In this document: positions 9,600 through 19,045 of the stretch, piece by piece
Numbering within the stretch: the stretch's first letter is position 1
Layout: each line of letters opens with the position of its first letter
Source of the DNA: a virus
Lineage: Duplodnaviria; Caudoviricetes
Strand: one strand, 5' to 3'
IMG/VR virus record: IMGVR_UViG_3300042922_000736
Location: 1-63,835 of that record
DNA length: 63,835 nt
Position numbers and translations under genes: made by a program
Notes under the pieces: model-generated
What the model was told of the DNA's origin: nothing
What the model saw: only the letters and a program-made list of their open reading frames with translations
The model's database searches: none

Positions 9600-10254
9600 T
9601 CGCCACTCTCACATAGACGTGGAGCGGGTTGCTGTCCGGCGCAGGCGGCCAGCTTGCGTTTTCGACTAGGAATACTTCGATGCTTGCGCCGTTGGCGCCG
9701 TTAGCGCCCGCAGGCCCTTGGGCGCCGTCAGCACCGGCGGGCCCCTGCTCGCCTTGAGGGCCCTGTTCGCCGTCTGCACCCGCTGGGCCAGTCTCGCCCT
9801 GTATACCCTGGATGCCCTGAATGCCCTGCGGTCCCTGCTCACCCTGGATACCTTGCTCGCCCTGCGCGCCGGTAGCGCCAGTCGCTCCGGGCGGACCCTG
9901 AATGCCAGGCACCTCGACCGTCACGGCGACGTCGCCGTCGTACTCGCCCGCACCGCCGACATCGACCCAGCCGGCGCCGATCTTCTCCCGACTCTCGCCG
10001 AGGATGCGGAAAGCGTCGAACTTGGTGCGCCTGCCGAGTTTGAGCGACAGCGCCAGGGCTTCGTCGTAGGTCCACACCACGCCATCGGGCAGCGCGAGCG
10101 CGAGCTCGCCAGTCTCGGTCGACAGTGTCACCGGCGCACCGGCGCCTGACAGCACGATCTCGACTTCAGAGCCCGTCAGATCCACGTCGGCGAACGTGAT
10201 GGGCACCGGCGGGGCATTGGTGTCGCGATAGATGCGGATCACGGTCGTGGACAC
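9589..10254 (-). CDS. Collagen-like fibre protein
   Basis: Long Gly-X-Y run ([13 protein letters not shown]...); GTG start after GGAG. Confidence 0.8.
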   Translation of the reverse strand: MSTTVIRIYRDTNAPPVPITFADVDLTGSEVEIVLSGAGAPVTLSTETGELALALPDGVVWTYDEALALSLKLGRRTKFDAFRILGESREKIGAGWVDVGGAGEYDGDVAVTVEVPGIQGPPGATGATGAQGEQGIQGEQGPQGIQGIQGIQGETGPAGADGEQGPQGEQGPAGADGAQGPAGANGANGASIEVFLVENASWPPAPDSNPLHVYVRVANAG

Positions 10255-10271
10255 GGCAGGCTCCAGAAATG

Positions 10272-10331
10272 AAAAAAGCCGCCCGGAGGCGGCTTGTGGA
10301 AGGCGCAAAGAAAAAGCCGCCCGAAGGCGGC
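10272..10331 (-). terminator. Two tandem, near-identical intrinsic terminators
   Basis: AAAAAGCCGCCCG(G/A)AGGCGGC at 10272-10295 and 10311-10331. Confidence 0.75.
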
Positions 10332-10372
10332 CTATTGGAGACGGCGTGATGCAGGCCGGGGAGCGCTGGAGG

Positions 10373-11215
10373 CTAGGCGCCCATCAGTAGGCTGTGGCGC
10401 GCTATGCTCTGCGCAAGCGATGCATCGCGGATGTTGTCTGCCGCGCCTCCGAGGTTGCGGCGAGCCACATGCAGCCAAAGAGCATTGTCGAGGCGCGTGC
10501 GACGCGATAGCGCCATGAAGGCTCGCGGTGATAGCTCTCGCGCCAGCGAAGTTTTCATATCCGGCGGGATTGGTGCGGTCTCGTTGTGCCTGTCGATCGT
10601 CAGCGGCTTCCCCAGCCACTCAGCAAGACCGCGCTCGAAGCCGGCGTGCTCGATGACGTCAACGAAGTCCATGCCGTCAATCTTGGCCATTGCCTCAAAG
10701 AGCAGCGCATCGTCATCGGCTTCGTCAATGAACCCATCCACCGGGACGGAGCGATGTGGCCAAAGCAAAAACCGCAGGGCGACGTTGTCGACCTGCGCCG
10801 CAATGGCTTCATCCTCAAGGAAGTCGACAAATGACGTGTGGGCCTTGGCCACGTAATCGGCCCAACCGCCCCACCCGGCCAAGTCGACACGCTGGTAGCC
10901 GCGCCAGAACATCCAGTGCGACAGCACACGCGACCGCGGCTCGCGAAGCACGGTCATGTGTCGCGCCAGCGGGTAGCGAGCCCTTGTAGTGCTGAGACCA
11001 TAATGTCCAGCCACGAGCGCGGCGTCGGCCGGAAGGTCCCCCGGCGCGTCCACAATCTTGCTGCGTATGGCCGGAGCCAGTTCGTGGAATCGATCGAATC
11101 CACCGAACAACAGATGGTCAAACCCATCCACTTCCAGCGGCACGCCTGCCGCCCTCGCCAGCGCAATGCGCAGGGATGTGCCGGCCGACTTTGGGATGTG
11201 ATTGAAGACGATCAT
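10373..11215 (-). CDS. Sulfotransferase family protein (moron)
   Basis: 5'-[13 protein letters not shown] and 3'-[18 protein letters not shown]-binding motifs. Confidence 0.85.
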   Translation of the reverse strand: MIVFNHIPKSAGTSLRIALARAAGVPLEVDGFDHLLFGGFDRFHELAPAIRSKIVDAPGDLPADAALVAGHYGLSTTRARYPLARHMTVLREPRSRVLSHWMFWRGYQRVDLAGWGGWADYVAKAHTSFVDFLEDEAIAAQVDNVALRFLLWPHRSVPVDGFIDEADDDALLFEAMAKIDGMDFVDVIEHAGFERGLAEWLGKPLTIDRHNETAPIPPDMKTSLARELSPRAFMALSRRTRLDNALWLHVARRNLGGAADNIRDASLAQSIARHSLLMGA

Positions 11216-11280
11216 TGCCGCCCTTTGGGTGCCCGCATTGCGCGGTTCTACACCCAACCAGCGCTGGCAACAATACTGCG

Positions 11281-12810
11281 TTACAGCTCGGCCGTTGCGT
11301 CGATCGACTGGCCAGCATCAAAGATGACGGCGGCGGTTGCATTCGCCCCAGAGGAGTTGAAAGCAATCAGGCGGCACCCGTCAACCGTTGGAGTGTCGAC
11401 TTGGACGTTGGCATAGCCAGTCAACGTCGGCGTTCCGCCAACCAATCCAACAGTCGGAATGGTCCGCATCGTATGAGGGAACTTGATCGGCCAAGAAGTC
11501 GCCTGGCTGGCGGCGGTTGTGAACTGGCTGAAATTCCGGCCCGGCGTCCCGCGCCAGTAATACCTCTGGCACATGGCTAGAGTTTGAGAAATGTGACGCG
11601 GCTCCATCCGTCCGGTAGAGAGGGTAAAATCTCCAGAGACCAGCGAAACGTCGGCAATATCTATCGTGCCGGAATTTGTACCGAGCGCGCCGCCGGATAG
11701 GTAAAACAGCGCCTCAAGATAATGGCCCGCCCCGATGGTCTTGCTTACGATGCTCGCCAGCGTCAGCTTGACGGAGAAGCGCTGCCACGCTGTCGTCAGG
11801 CTAAATACTGGTGTAGCAACTACGACTTGAGTGCTGCCGCCACTGCCAAAGTTCTGGTTCAGCGACGCAGAGATGTTCAACGCAGTTGATGCCTTGGCGC
11901 GGAACGTCAGAGTGACGTCTCCGACGAGAGCATCAACGCCCTCTATCTTCTGCCCAAGCCCAAGAATGCTCGTGCCGGACCCCGTAACGGCTGCAGAGAT
12001 GTAGAACAGAAACGCGTCGCGTTCCGGCGCACTGGCGGAAACTGCGCCCTGCGAGATATTCATTGAGCCGCCGCCGACAAAGGCGTACCAGCGATCAAGG
12101 GTATACTGGCCGTTGGTTACCGAGGTGAACGACGTGCCGCGCTGTGCAATGCGGAACTCGCCGTTGATGATTTTGTTTCGATAGCCGGAAAAGGCCCCAC
12201 CAAAGACGTCGTCTCTGGCGGCTTCGGCATCATCGCGCGCCGCTTCAGCAGCTGCGGCGGCAACAGAGCCGGAAACCGCCCATGCGCTGTCGTCGTAGAT
12301 GTAGAGACTGTCGTCAGCGGCATTGAATGCCATCCACCCGCCCTCGGGAGCGGTGAATTGCCATGCCGAATTTATCCACTGCGCGAGGTTCTTGCCCCGT
12401 CCGGCCCACGCCCCTGTCGGCACCGTGCCGACGACGTACATGTCGCCAGTAACCGGCGAGCCCGGCGGGCTGTTGGCGCCGACAGTCTGCACCTGATAGA
12501 GCGGCGCCGTCGCCTCAAGGATGCCGGCGCGGGCGATCATGCCCCGAACCTGCTCGGCGAGATATCCGGAGGTGAAGCGCTGCGGGGCGTCGAAGCGCAC
12601 AAGGTAGCTGGCGCCGCTTTGCGTAGCGCCGGACCAGGCCGTAGCGAGCTCGAAATGCGTGGCGTCGGTCACCGAGGCGATCGTCACGCGCTGTCCGGCG
12701 AGCTCCAGCGTGTCGCCGGCGAGCAAGTCGCTCCAGAGCACGCTCGAGCCGGTGACGGTCGTAGCGCCATTGTTCACCGAAACCGTTCCGGTGTTGTAGT
12801 AGTTGGGCAT
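11281..12810 (-). CDS. Tail fibre / receptor-binding protein (DUF2793-like middle, carbohydrate-binding-like C-terminus)
   Basis: YNTGTVSV N-terminus; PPGSPVTGDMYVVG..PTGAWAG; RNKIINGEFRIAQRG...DRW...CQRYY. Confidence 0.8.
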   Translation of the reverse strand: MPNYYNTGTVSVNNGATTVTGSSVLWSDLLAGDTLELAGQRVTIASVTDATHFELATAWSGATQSGASYLVRFDAPQRFTSGYLAEQVRGMIARAGILEATAPLYQVQTVGANSPPGSPVTGDMYVVGTVPTGAWAGRGKNLAQWINSAWQFTAPEGGWMAFNAADDSLYIYDDSAWAVSGSVAAAAAEAARDDAEAARDDVFGGAFSGYRNKIINGEFRIAQRGTSFTSVTNGQYTLDRWYAFVGGGSMNISQGAVSASAPERDAFLFYISAAVTGSGTSILGLGQKIEGVDALVGDVTLTFRAKASTALNISASLNQNFGSGGSTQVVVATPVFSLTTAWQRFSVKLTLASIVSKTIGAGHYLEALFYLSGGALGTNSGTIDIADVSLVSGDFTLSTGRMEPRHISQTLAMCQRYYWRGTPGRNFSQFTTAASQATSWPIKFPHTMRTIPTVGLVGGTPTLTGYANVQVDTPTVDGCRLIAFNSSGANATAAVIFDAGQSIDATAEL

Positions 12811-12838
12811 GTGGGAGTCCTTGGCGCCACTAGGGGCG

Positions 12839-14218
12839 CTAGAAGTCAGAGATGTTCATCGCCGCCACCCAACCGAACGGGGCGGCTGTCCAGCCGGACG
12901 CCTTTTCCCACAGGTACTGAGTGCGGCTGGTGATCGTGGCGCGAAAGATGTTCTGATACTGACCGCCCACAGTGTCGACGATGTCTTGCGACTGCGCCTT
13001 GCCGCAACCGCACCACCATCCCGATGTGCCGTCCGCCACCAAGATGAAGCCGAAAGGTGTTCCCGCCCCGACTGGCGGCACGCCTGCCGCCGGCAGGCTG
13101 TACCAGTTGGTGTTCTGTGCCGTCGTGATCGACCCAAAGTCGGGGAAGTATGGCGTTAGCCGATCGGAGCGGAAAAGAAAGTCATTGGCGCCGGCGCTAT
13201 AGAAGCTGACGTCCTTCTTCGTGATGAAGAGTCCGCCGGGCTCCATATGCACGCGGCACACCGATGAACTATCCGTGCCCGGCACGTAAGCCGGATCGCT
13301 GCCGACCACGGCATAGCGGATCGGGGTCGGGTCGCTCGGCATGCCCGCCAAAAGGATCTGCGTCGAGCTCAGCCAGAAGATGCTGACGAGTTCCTGGTTG
13401 CCGCCGTCGGCGGAGTAGGCGATGACCGGCGGATAATGCGGATACGCCTTGCTCAGCGTGGCAATGGCGTAGCGCCTAGCGCTGGCCGGCCCGTAAGTGA
13501 GTGGGAACGGGTCGCCGTCGACCCGATCAGAACTCCAGTTCGCTCCACCCCCGCCGTAGAGGTTGCACGTGACGGTGCCGGTCTCCTCGATCTGGAAGTG
13601 GTTATTCCGCGTCGACAACATCATGTCATCGAGGCCGCAAGTCAGATGATCGAAGCCCGGACGCGAGATGAACGCGCCCATGCCGTAGAGCGGGTGCAGA
13701 CCGAGGCGGCCGCCATTACCGCCGGACGTTTCCGCCGACGTCGGATTGGTTCCGAAAACGAAGTAGGCGTATTCCATCCCCGCCCTACTGGGCGAGAAAC
13801 AGATTTCGTCATCCTCCAGCGTGACGGCGCAGGTGCCGTATCCGCGGACGTAACTCGTGGAGATGCCAGAGCCAGACACCGGGGTGCCGGCGAGATATCG
13901 CGTCAGCGTCCCGCCGCCATCCCTCATCCACGCCAGCGTCGGGCGCGTTGGGCCGTTGGCTCCTGCAAGCGAAAGCCGCCGCACCGTGCGCGTGCCCGCG
14001 ATGCCACCGAACGTAGATGGGTAATTGATGGCCTTCGTGGGCAGGGCGCCTGCCGCGGCCACTCCGTTGGTAAGCAGGCGCATGACATTCCTGCGCCCGC
14101 TATCGAAGGTGACGACCCGCTCGTCCAATGACATATTCTTCGGGTCGTAAGGAGCAAGACACGCGCGTAGTCGCACCACCCCGCCGAGCTCGGCAAAGGT
14201 CACGTTGCTATTCGCCAA
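12839..14218 (-). CDS. Tail tip accessory protein
   Basis: Lies between the tail tip and fibre genes; internal repeats such as FISRPGFD and FITKKDV. Confidence 0.6.
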   Translation of the reverse strand: MANSNVTFAELGGVVRLRACLAPYDPKNMSLDERVVTFDSGRRNVMRLLTNGVAAAGALPTKAINYPSTFGGIAGTRTVRRLSLAGANGPTRPTLAWMRDGGGTLTRYLAGTPVSGSGISTSYVRGYGTCAVTLEDDEICFSPSRAGMEYAYFVFGTNPTSAETSGGNGGRLGLHPLYGMGAFISRPGFDHLTCGLDDMMLSTRNNHFQIEETGTVTCNLYGGGGANWSSDRVDGDPFPLTYGPASARRYAIATLSKAYPHYPPVIAYSADGGNQELVSIFWLSSTQILLAGMPSDPTPIRYAVVGSDPAYVPGTDSSSVCRVHMEPGGLFITKKDVSFYSAGANDFLFRSDRLTPYFPDFGSITTAQNTNWYSLPAAGVPPVGAGTPFGFILVADGTSGWWCGCGKAQSQDIVDTVGGQYQNIFRATITSRTQYLWEKASGWTAAPFGWVAAMNISDF

Positions 14219-14220
14219 CG

Positions 14221-16740
14221 TTAGCTCCAGAAGTCTAGTGATTTCGCGGTCAAGTTGAAGTCGACCTTTCCGTCGGTCGACATGATGCGGCCCGCCGTCA
14301 GCGTTCCCATATTTGCAGTAAAAGCCGACAACGTGCCCGCAACAACCTTCGCAGCCGTAATCGACCCATCCAGGAACATATTGCCCTGGATATAGATCGC
14401 GCCACCTGAAATGGTGAACGGTGACTTCGTGGAGTCGTTGGCGTAGTTTACAACAATGAAGTTGTCGGCGTCGAAGCGAACAACAGACTTGGTGCTTGCG
14501 CCGTCCGTATATGCCGCGATCATCATCGCAGCGCGCGCGGAATAGACCCCGTCGCTTACCTGTGCCGCAACCTCATATGCCGCCAAAGCCCCAGCAGGCA
14601 GCGACGCCGCCGTGACCCACTTCACCGTCAAGTTGGCGTCGAAGTTGTCGACCTCGGCCTGCAGTGTGTCGACTCGCGACGCGATCGCCGCAACATCGCT
14701 CGCCACCACCGTTATGGCTTCGGTGTAGGACGCCGTGACGCGCCCCGCGGTCGCGGTTAGCTGGAAGCCCCATTCCTGCTTGTCGAGCCAGTTCTGCGAA
14801 TCCTGCTCGGCGATGAGTTGCCCCATCTGCTCGCGCAGGTCGTCCGTGGCGTCGATGACAGCGCCAACCTGCCGCCCCACCTCTCCGGTGAGCCAGTTGA
14901 CGAAATCCTCAAGGTCGGCCGTCGTCTCGTCCGTCGTGACCGTATCGCCGGCGCTCCATGCCGTGGGGCGCGGAGGCGTGGTGCGAATGCGGGTCTTCAC
15001 CGTGTACTCGGTGTTGGACACCAAGCCCTCGGCGATGATGACGACGTTCTGGCTCGCGGGGACGGTCTTGTAGATGATCGCGGTCGGCTGGGCCGTGGGG
15101 TAGTACTGAATGTCGACCGACGTCACAGTCACATCGGTGATGGCGTCCCACGCCGCCCGAATGCCGGGCAGAAGGCGCCCGTCATATCCCTGCAGCGAGA
15201 CAGCCGTCAGCGTGAACGACTGCACCTCGGCGAGGTAGGCCGGCGCGCCAGGCGGGTACGGCACGACAATCGGCGGCGCGGTGATGCCGTCATAGATCGC
15301 GCCATCGACTTCCTGCAGCGTCACCGAGACGTTGCGCGGCCCGTCAGCGTCGAGCGACGCCAGCGACGTGCCCGTGACCATGTAGGTGCGATTGCCGTAG
15401 CGCGCGCTGTCCCAGACGATCCAGTCGCCGGGCTCTAGCACCTGCCAGCGGGGGCGGAGCGTGATTTCCGCCGTCGCCTCGTAGCGGTTTTCCTCGAGAT
15501 AGATGCCGGCGAGTTGCGCCGCCTGATCCTTGGACCGCACCATCGGAAAGTCGATGGCGATGTCGCGGGTGCGGCGATCGACCGTCACCAGCGCGCCGCT
15601 GGTCTGCGTCTCGTAGCCGATGAGCGACCAAAGCTGGTCCGGGTCCGGGAAGTTGCCCGCCACCGAATTCACAAGGTCGCTCATGGACCGGCGAGCTCGC
15701 CAGCGACACGGCGCCGTCGAAATCAGGTCGTCATCGGTGATAGTGGCAACGGCAGCCTGATCGTGCCCGACAAGCGGCCAAGAGCCATCCACGCCGTCCA
15801 CGGTCTTGGCGCCGCACGAAAGCTGCAGAGCCGCGATGTTCTCGCCGTGCTGCGCTTCGCAGTCCAGCATGATGGAGCAGCGATAGCGGGCGCCGTAGTC
15901 CGTGGTCTCGTCGCAGATGGCCGCCGCGACGGTGTACTTCGCCAGCGGCAGGTCAGACGCCGGCATGCCCATGCCGCAGAACAAGTCGTCGTTCCACGAC
16001 AGGCCGCGGCGATAGTTGTATTCGATGACGACGGGGTTTTCGGTGTATTCGTGGGTGGAATAGTCCCCCCAGCGATGAGCACCTGAGCCGCCGACGGTAG
16101 AATCCTTGCGCCAGTCGTAGAGTCGAGCGCCGTAAAACTCGAAGAAGAAGTCGGGAAAGCTGTTCAGCTTCTCCGCTTCATAGACCATGCCCACGAATAC
16201 GTAGGTGACGCCATGACCGACATGCGCCGAGGTCCAGCGATCGGCGGGGTTGGCCTGCGCCACAAGTCCGGCCTGCGCCGTGGTCTGCGTGCCGTTAACG
16301 AAGCGGACGAAGATCAGCCCGGCGAAGTCGCCACTGGTGACCTCCTGTGCGCCGGTTTCGTCCGGAGCGCCGAGCGTGACCCACTTGCCGTTAATGGCGA
16401 CGCGCGACAGGCCGTGGCAGGGATAGTCCGAAAGCGCATAGACCTGCTGTAGCGCGCCGTTCGACTCGCCGAAGGTGTTGACGTAGCAATCGTGGCCGGC
16501 AATGCCGACGAGGCCGCACGCAACCTGCCGCGGCACGGCGCCGCCGTACTGGCGCTCAAACTGTACGCCGCCGGGCTGCTTCTCGGGCTTCCCGGCCATC
16601 TCCTTCTGGATGTAGCCGGCGGCCACGCTGAGGCCGATTCCGACCAGCGCCTGCCCGACAATGCCAAGCCCGGTAATGAACGAGCCGACGGCGCCAATGG
16701 CCGCGCCAATGGCACCGATGATAGGAGCAATGAAGGGCAT
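14221..16740 (-). CDS. Tail tip / host specificity protein (J-like)
   Basis: 839 aa; GARLYDWRKDSTVGGSG, LEPGD, VRFDADNF, LSAFTANMGTLTAG. Confidence 0.85.
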   Translation of the reverse strand: MPFIAPIIGAIGAAIGAVGSFITGLGIVGQALVGIGLSVAAGYIQKEMAGKPEKQPGGVQFERQYGGAVPRQVACGLVGIAGHDCYVNTFGESNGALQQVYALSDYPCHGLSRVAINGKWVTLGAPDETGAQEVTSGDFAGLIFVRFVNGTQTTAQAGLVAQANPADRWTSAHVGHGVTYVFVGMVYEAEKLNSFPDFFFEFYGARLYDWRKDSTVGGSGAHRWGDYSTHEYTENPVVIEYNYRRGLSWNDDLFCGMGMPASDLPLAKYTVAAAICDETTDYGARYRCSIMLDCEAQHGENIAALQLSCGAKTVDGVDGSWPLVGHDQAAVATITDDDLISTAPCRWRARRSMSDLVNSVAGNFPDPDQLWSLIGYETQTSGALVTVDRRTRDIAIDFPMVRSKDQAAQLAGIYLEENRYEATAEITLRPRWQVLEPGDWIVWDSARYGNRTYMVTGTSLASLDADGPRNVSVTLQEVDGAIYDGITAPPIVVPYPPGAPAYLAEVQSFTLTAVSLQGYDGRLLPGIRAAWDAITDVTVTSVDIQYYPTAQPTAIIYKTVPASQNVVIIAEGLVSNTEYTVKTRIRTTPPRPTAWSAGDTVTTDETTADLEDFVNWLTGEVGRQVGAVIDATDDLREQMGQLIAEQDSQNWLDKQEWGFQLTATAGRVTASYTEAITVVASDVAAIASRVDTLQAEVDNFDANLTVKWVTAASLPAGALAAYEVAAQVSDGVYSARAAMMIAAYTDGASTKSVVRFDADNFIVVNYANDSTKSPFTISGGAIYIQGNMFLDGSITAAKVVAGTLSAFTANMGTLTAGRIMSTDGKVDFNLTAKSLDFWS

Positions 16741-17145
16741 TTATTCGACCCGGAAGGCCCGCGCGACGTCGGTGCAGGGAAGGAAGACGGCGCGGTCGCC
16801 GGAGCGGGTGAAGAAGCCGGCGCCAGTGAAGACACCGCCCGTCACGTCACCGTTTGGCTGATGGATGACGCCGACGTCGCCGCGCTGGGCGGCCATCACG
16901 GGGATCTCCGCGAAGCGGGCCACGAAGGCGTCCGCGACGGTCTCGAAGCCGTGCTGTCGGAGCTTGCGCGCCGCCCCCAGGGGCGTGGTGTAGCCCCGCG
17001 CGTCGGCGTACATCCGCTCGCCCGTGACGGCCTCGACGGCGTCGTCAGCGACGATGTAGCAATCGGAGACGCCGTATTCGGACGGCAGCGCCATGTGGCG
17101 CTCGACAACGAGCCGCAGGGCTCGCTCCCAGCCCTTGATGCGCAT
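16741..17145 (-). CDS. NlpC/P60-like tail protein
   Basis: YGVSDC and AQRGDV motifs. Confidence 0.7.
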   Translation of the reverse strand: MRIKGWERALRLVVERHMALPSEYGVSDCYIVADDAVEAVTGERMYADARGYTTPLGAARKLRQHGFETVADAFVARFAEIPVMAAQRGDVGVIHQPNGDVTGGVFTGAGFFTRSGDRAVFLPCTDVARAFRVE

Positions 17146-17154
17146 GCGCCGGCC

Positions 17155-17376
17155 TTACTGGTTGTCGGTGGGGGTGGGCTCTGGGGGCTGGTCCGGTGGT
17201 GTGTCGGCCGGGAGCGTCGGGTCGGAGTCGGCCTCGACGATCTCGTTGCCTTCGAACAGGCTAAACACGCCGTCGGCGATGCGGCCCCAGCCCTGCTTGA
17301 CGGCGATTTCCTCACACTCCTCCCGCGTGTCGCGGGTGCGGACGCGCTCGCCGTAGACGATGATGTGGTGGGGCAT
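17155..17376 (-). CDS. Hypothetical protein
   Basis: Coupled ORF with acidic, proline-rich tail. Confidence 0.5.
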   Translation of the reverse strand: MPHHIIVYGERVRTRDTREECEEIAVKQGWGRIADGVFSLFEGNEIVEADSDPTLPADTPPDQPPEPTPTDNQ

Positions 17377-17672
17377 TAGGAGCGATAGTTGCGCCGCTTG
17401 GCGTCCTGCATGGCCTTGATCGCCATGGACGGCACGTCAGCCTGGAGCTTGTCGATCTGCGCCTGCAACTTGGCCAAATCGCCAGCGACGGCGTCCCGGA
17501 TCGCCAGCGTGTAACCCGCCGTCACGTCTCCCATGTTGGCATCGATGGCGGAGAGGCCGGCGACGTTCACGGGGCTCGTGCCAGCCGCTGCCGGCACCCC
17601 CACCGCAGCCGCCACAACAGCAGCCGGCGCGCCAAAGCCAAGGGCGCGCAAAATCGTTCGACGCGAAAGCAT
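17376..17672 (-). CDS. Small protein with twin-arginine (Tat) signal
   Basis: MLSRRTILRALG plus hydrophobic stretch plus AAA; GAGGAG ribosome-binding site. Confidence 0.65.
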   Translation of the reverse strand: MLSRRTILRALGFGAPAAVVAAAVGVPAAAGTSPVNVAGLSAIDANMGDVTAGYTLAIRDAVAGDLAKLQAQIDKLQADVPSMAIKAMQDAKRRNYRS

Positions 17673-17698
17673 CGCTAACTCCTCATGTTTTCAGTGGG

Positions 17699-18334
17699 TC
17701 AGCGCCCCCGCACGCCCTTGGACGGCTGCGGACGCGGCACTTGCGCCGGCGGGGCGACGGACTTCTCGCGGCCCCAGAAAATCTCTTCGCGGCCACGCAT
17801 CGCGGCGTGCTCGAAGAACAGGTCGCCCGGCGCGCGACGGGCCTGATCGACGACGGTGCGCCGGCGGCTATTGGTGCGGGTGTAGTCCAGCGCCCTGCTT
17901 TCGCAGTTCGCCACCAGCGTGTAGCCAGTCTCCGGATCGTCGATGTGGTCGATCGTGTCGATGTAACCGCGCTTGAGCGCCTGGACGTGGAGCAAGGCGC
18001 CGGTGTCGGGGTGGAAGAACGCGTCGTAGACCGTCACCGGCCTGTCGCGATAATCCTCGGCCTCGATGGTCTGCAGCACTTCTGGCGTCAGACCGTCATC
18101 GGGCGAAGCGGCAAGCGTAACGGTGAATGCCTGCGCCGAGCGGTCAAGCGCGCCGGGTAGATCCGATACCGTAATCAGCCCGCCGGGCTGGTACGTCACT
18201 CCCTCATGGTCCAGCGGCTGCAGCGAGCGGATGAACCCATAAGTGCCCGTGCCGAGCACAAACAGGATCATGCCACGCACGTTCTCCCGGCCCTCGTCTA
18301 GGAGGTCCAGGACGTCAGAAGGTAGGTTGATCAT
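17699..18334 (-). CDS. Minor tail / baseplate hub protein
   Basis: Position; GYIDTI, DQARRAPGDLFFE..IFWG. Confidence 0.7.
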   Translation of the reverse strand: MINLPSDVLDLLDEGRENVRGMILFVLGTGTYGFIRSLQPLDHEGVTYQPGGLITVSDLPGALDRSAQAFTVTLAASPDDGLTPEVLQTIEAEDYRDRPVTVYDAFFHPDTGALLHVQALKRGYIDTIDHIDDPETGYTLVANCESRALDYTRTNSRRRTVVDQARRAPGDLFFEHAAMRGREEIFWGREKSVAPPAQVPRPQPSKGVRGR

Positions 18335-18391
18335 GGGTGTCCTGCGCAGGCGCGCTACGGCGCCGCGGCTGGCCGCCGGGCAGTGCAGCCG

Positions 18392-19042
18392 TTAAAGCTT
18401 CTGCCACGCCTCAAACGAGATCGCGGCGAACGTCGGGATGTCGCCCTCGGTCTCGGTCCACGACTGCCAGTCGATGACGAGCTCGCACGTCGGCCGCCAA
18501 ATGCGGGCCGTGGCGGAGGTGGTGAAAATCCCGGTGTGCAGGAACGGCGCGACCGTCACGGTGGCGGCGCCACCCGATGCTGTCACGTCCTCCAGCACCT
18601 CGTAGTAGCCTCGGCGCAGCGGGGAGCCCTGCTCGAGCCCGATGCGGTCGCCCGCTTTGAACTGGTACGCCGTCGGCAGGCCGGACAGCCCAAGCGCGCC
18701 GCCACTGCCGACCGACGTCACCGTGGCCGTGCCGCTCCAGCCCGAAGATACGTCGCCGGGCGCCGTTGCCGTCGGATAGGCCAGCGGCGCCGGGCGACGC
18801 GAGTCAGACGCTACGAACGTCCGCAGGCCGCCGCGAAGGCTATTCTTCCAGGAGATCCACTCAGCGGCGTCGCTCTGGTGCATCATCGCCGTGGACAGGG
18901 ACAGCCGCCACACCGGGTCGTTGACCTGCGAGCGATTGATGACGAGGCCCTTGCCACTCGGCGAGGGCACGACGTTCTCGACCAGCGTGAGCGTGGCCAG
19001 CCGCACGCAGCCGGGCAGCGTGCGGGGGTAGGTTATTGCCAT
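18392..19042 (-). CDS. Distal tail protein
   Basis: Directly follows the tape measure gene; LRGGLRTF...PLAYP. Confidence 0.7.
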   Translation of the reverse strand: MAITYPRTLPGCVRLATLTLVENVVPSPSGKGLVINRSQVNDPVWRLSLSTAMMHQSDAAEWISWKNSLRGGLRTFVASDSRRPAPLAYPTATAPGDVSSGWSGTATVTSVGSGGALGLSGLPTAYQFKAGDRIGLEQGSPLRRGYYEVLEDVTASGGAATVTVAPFLHTGIFTTSATARIWRPTCELVIDWQSWTETEGDIPTFAAISFEAWQKL

Positions 19043-19045
19043 GCC

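Noticed and set aside
11281-16740. Diversity-generating retroelement or invertible fibre cassette
   Set aside because: No reverse transcriptase, invertase or template/variable repeat pair seen
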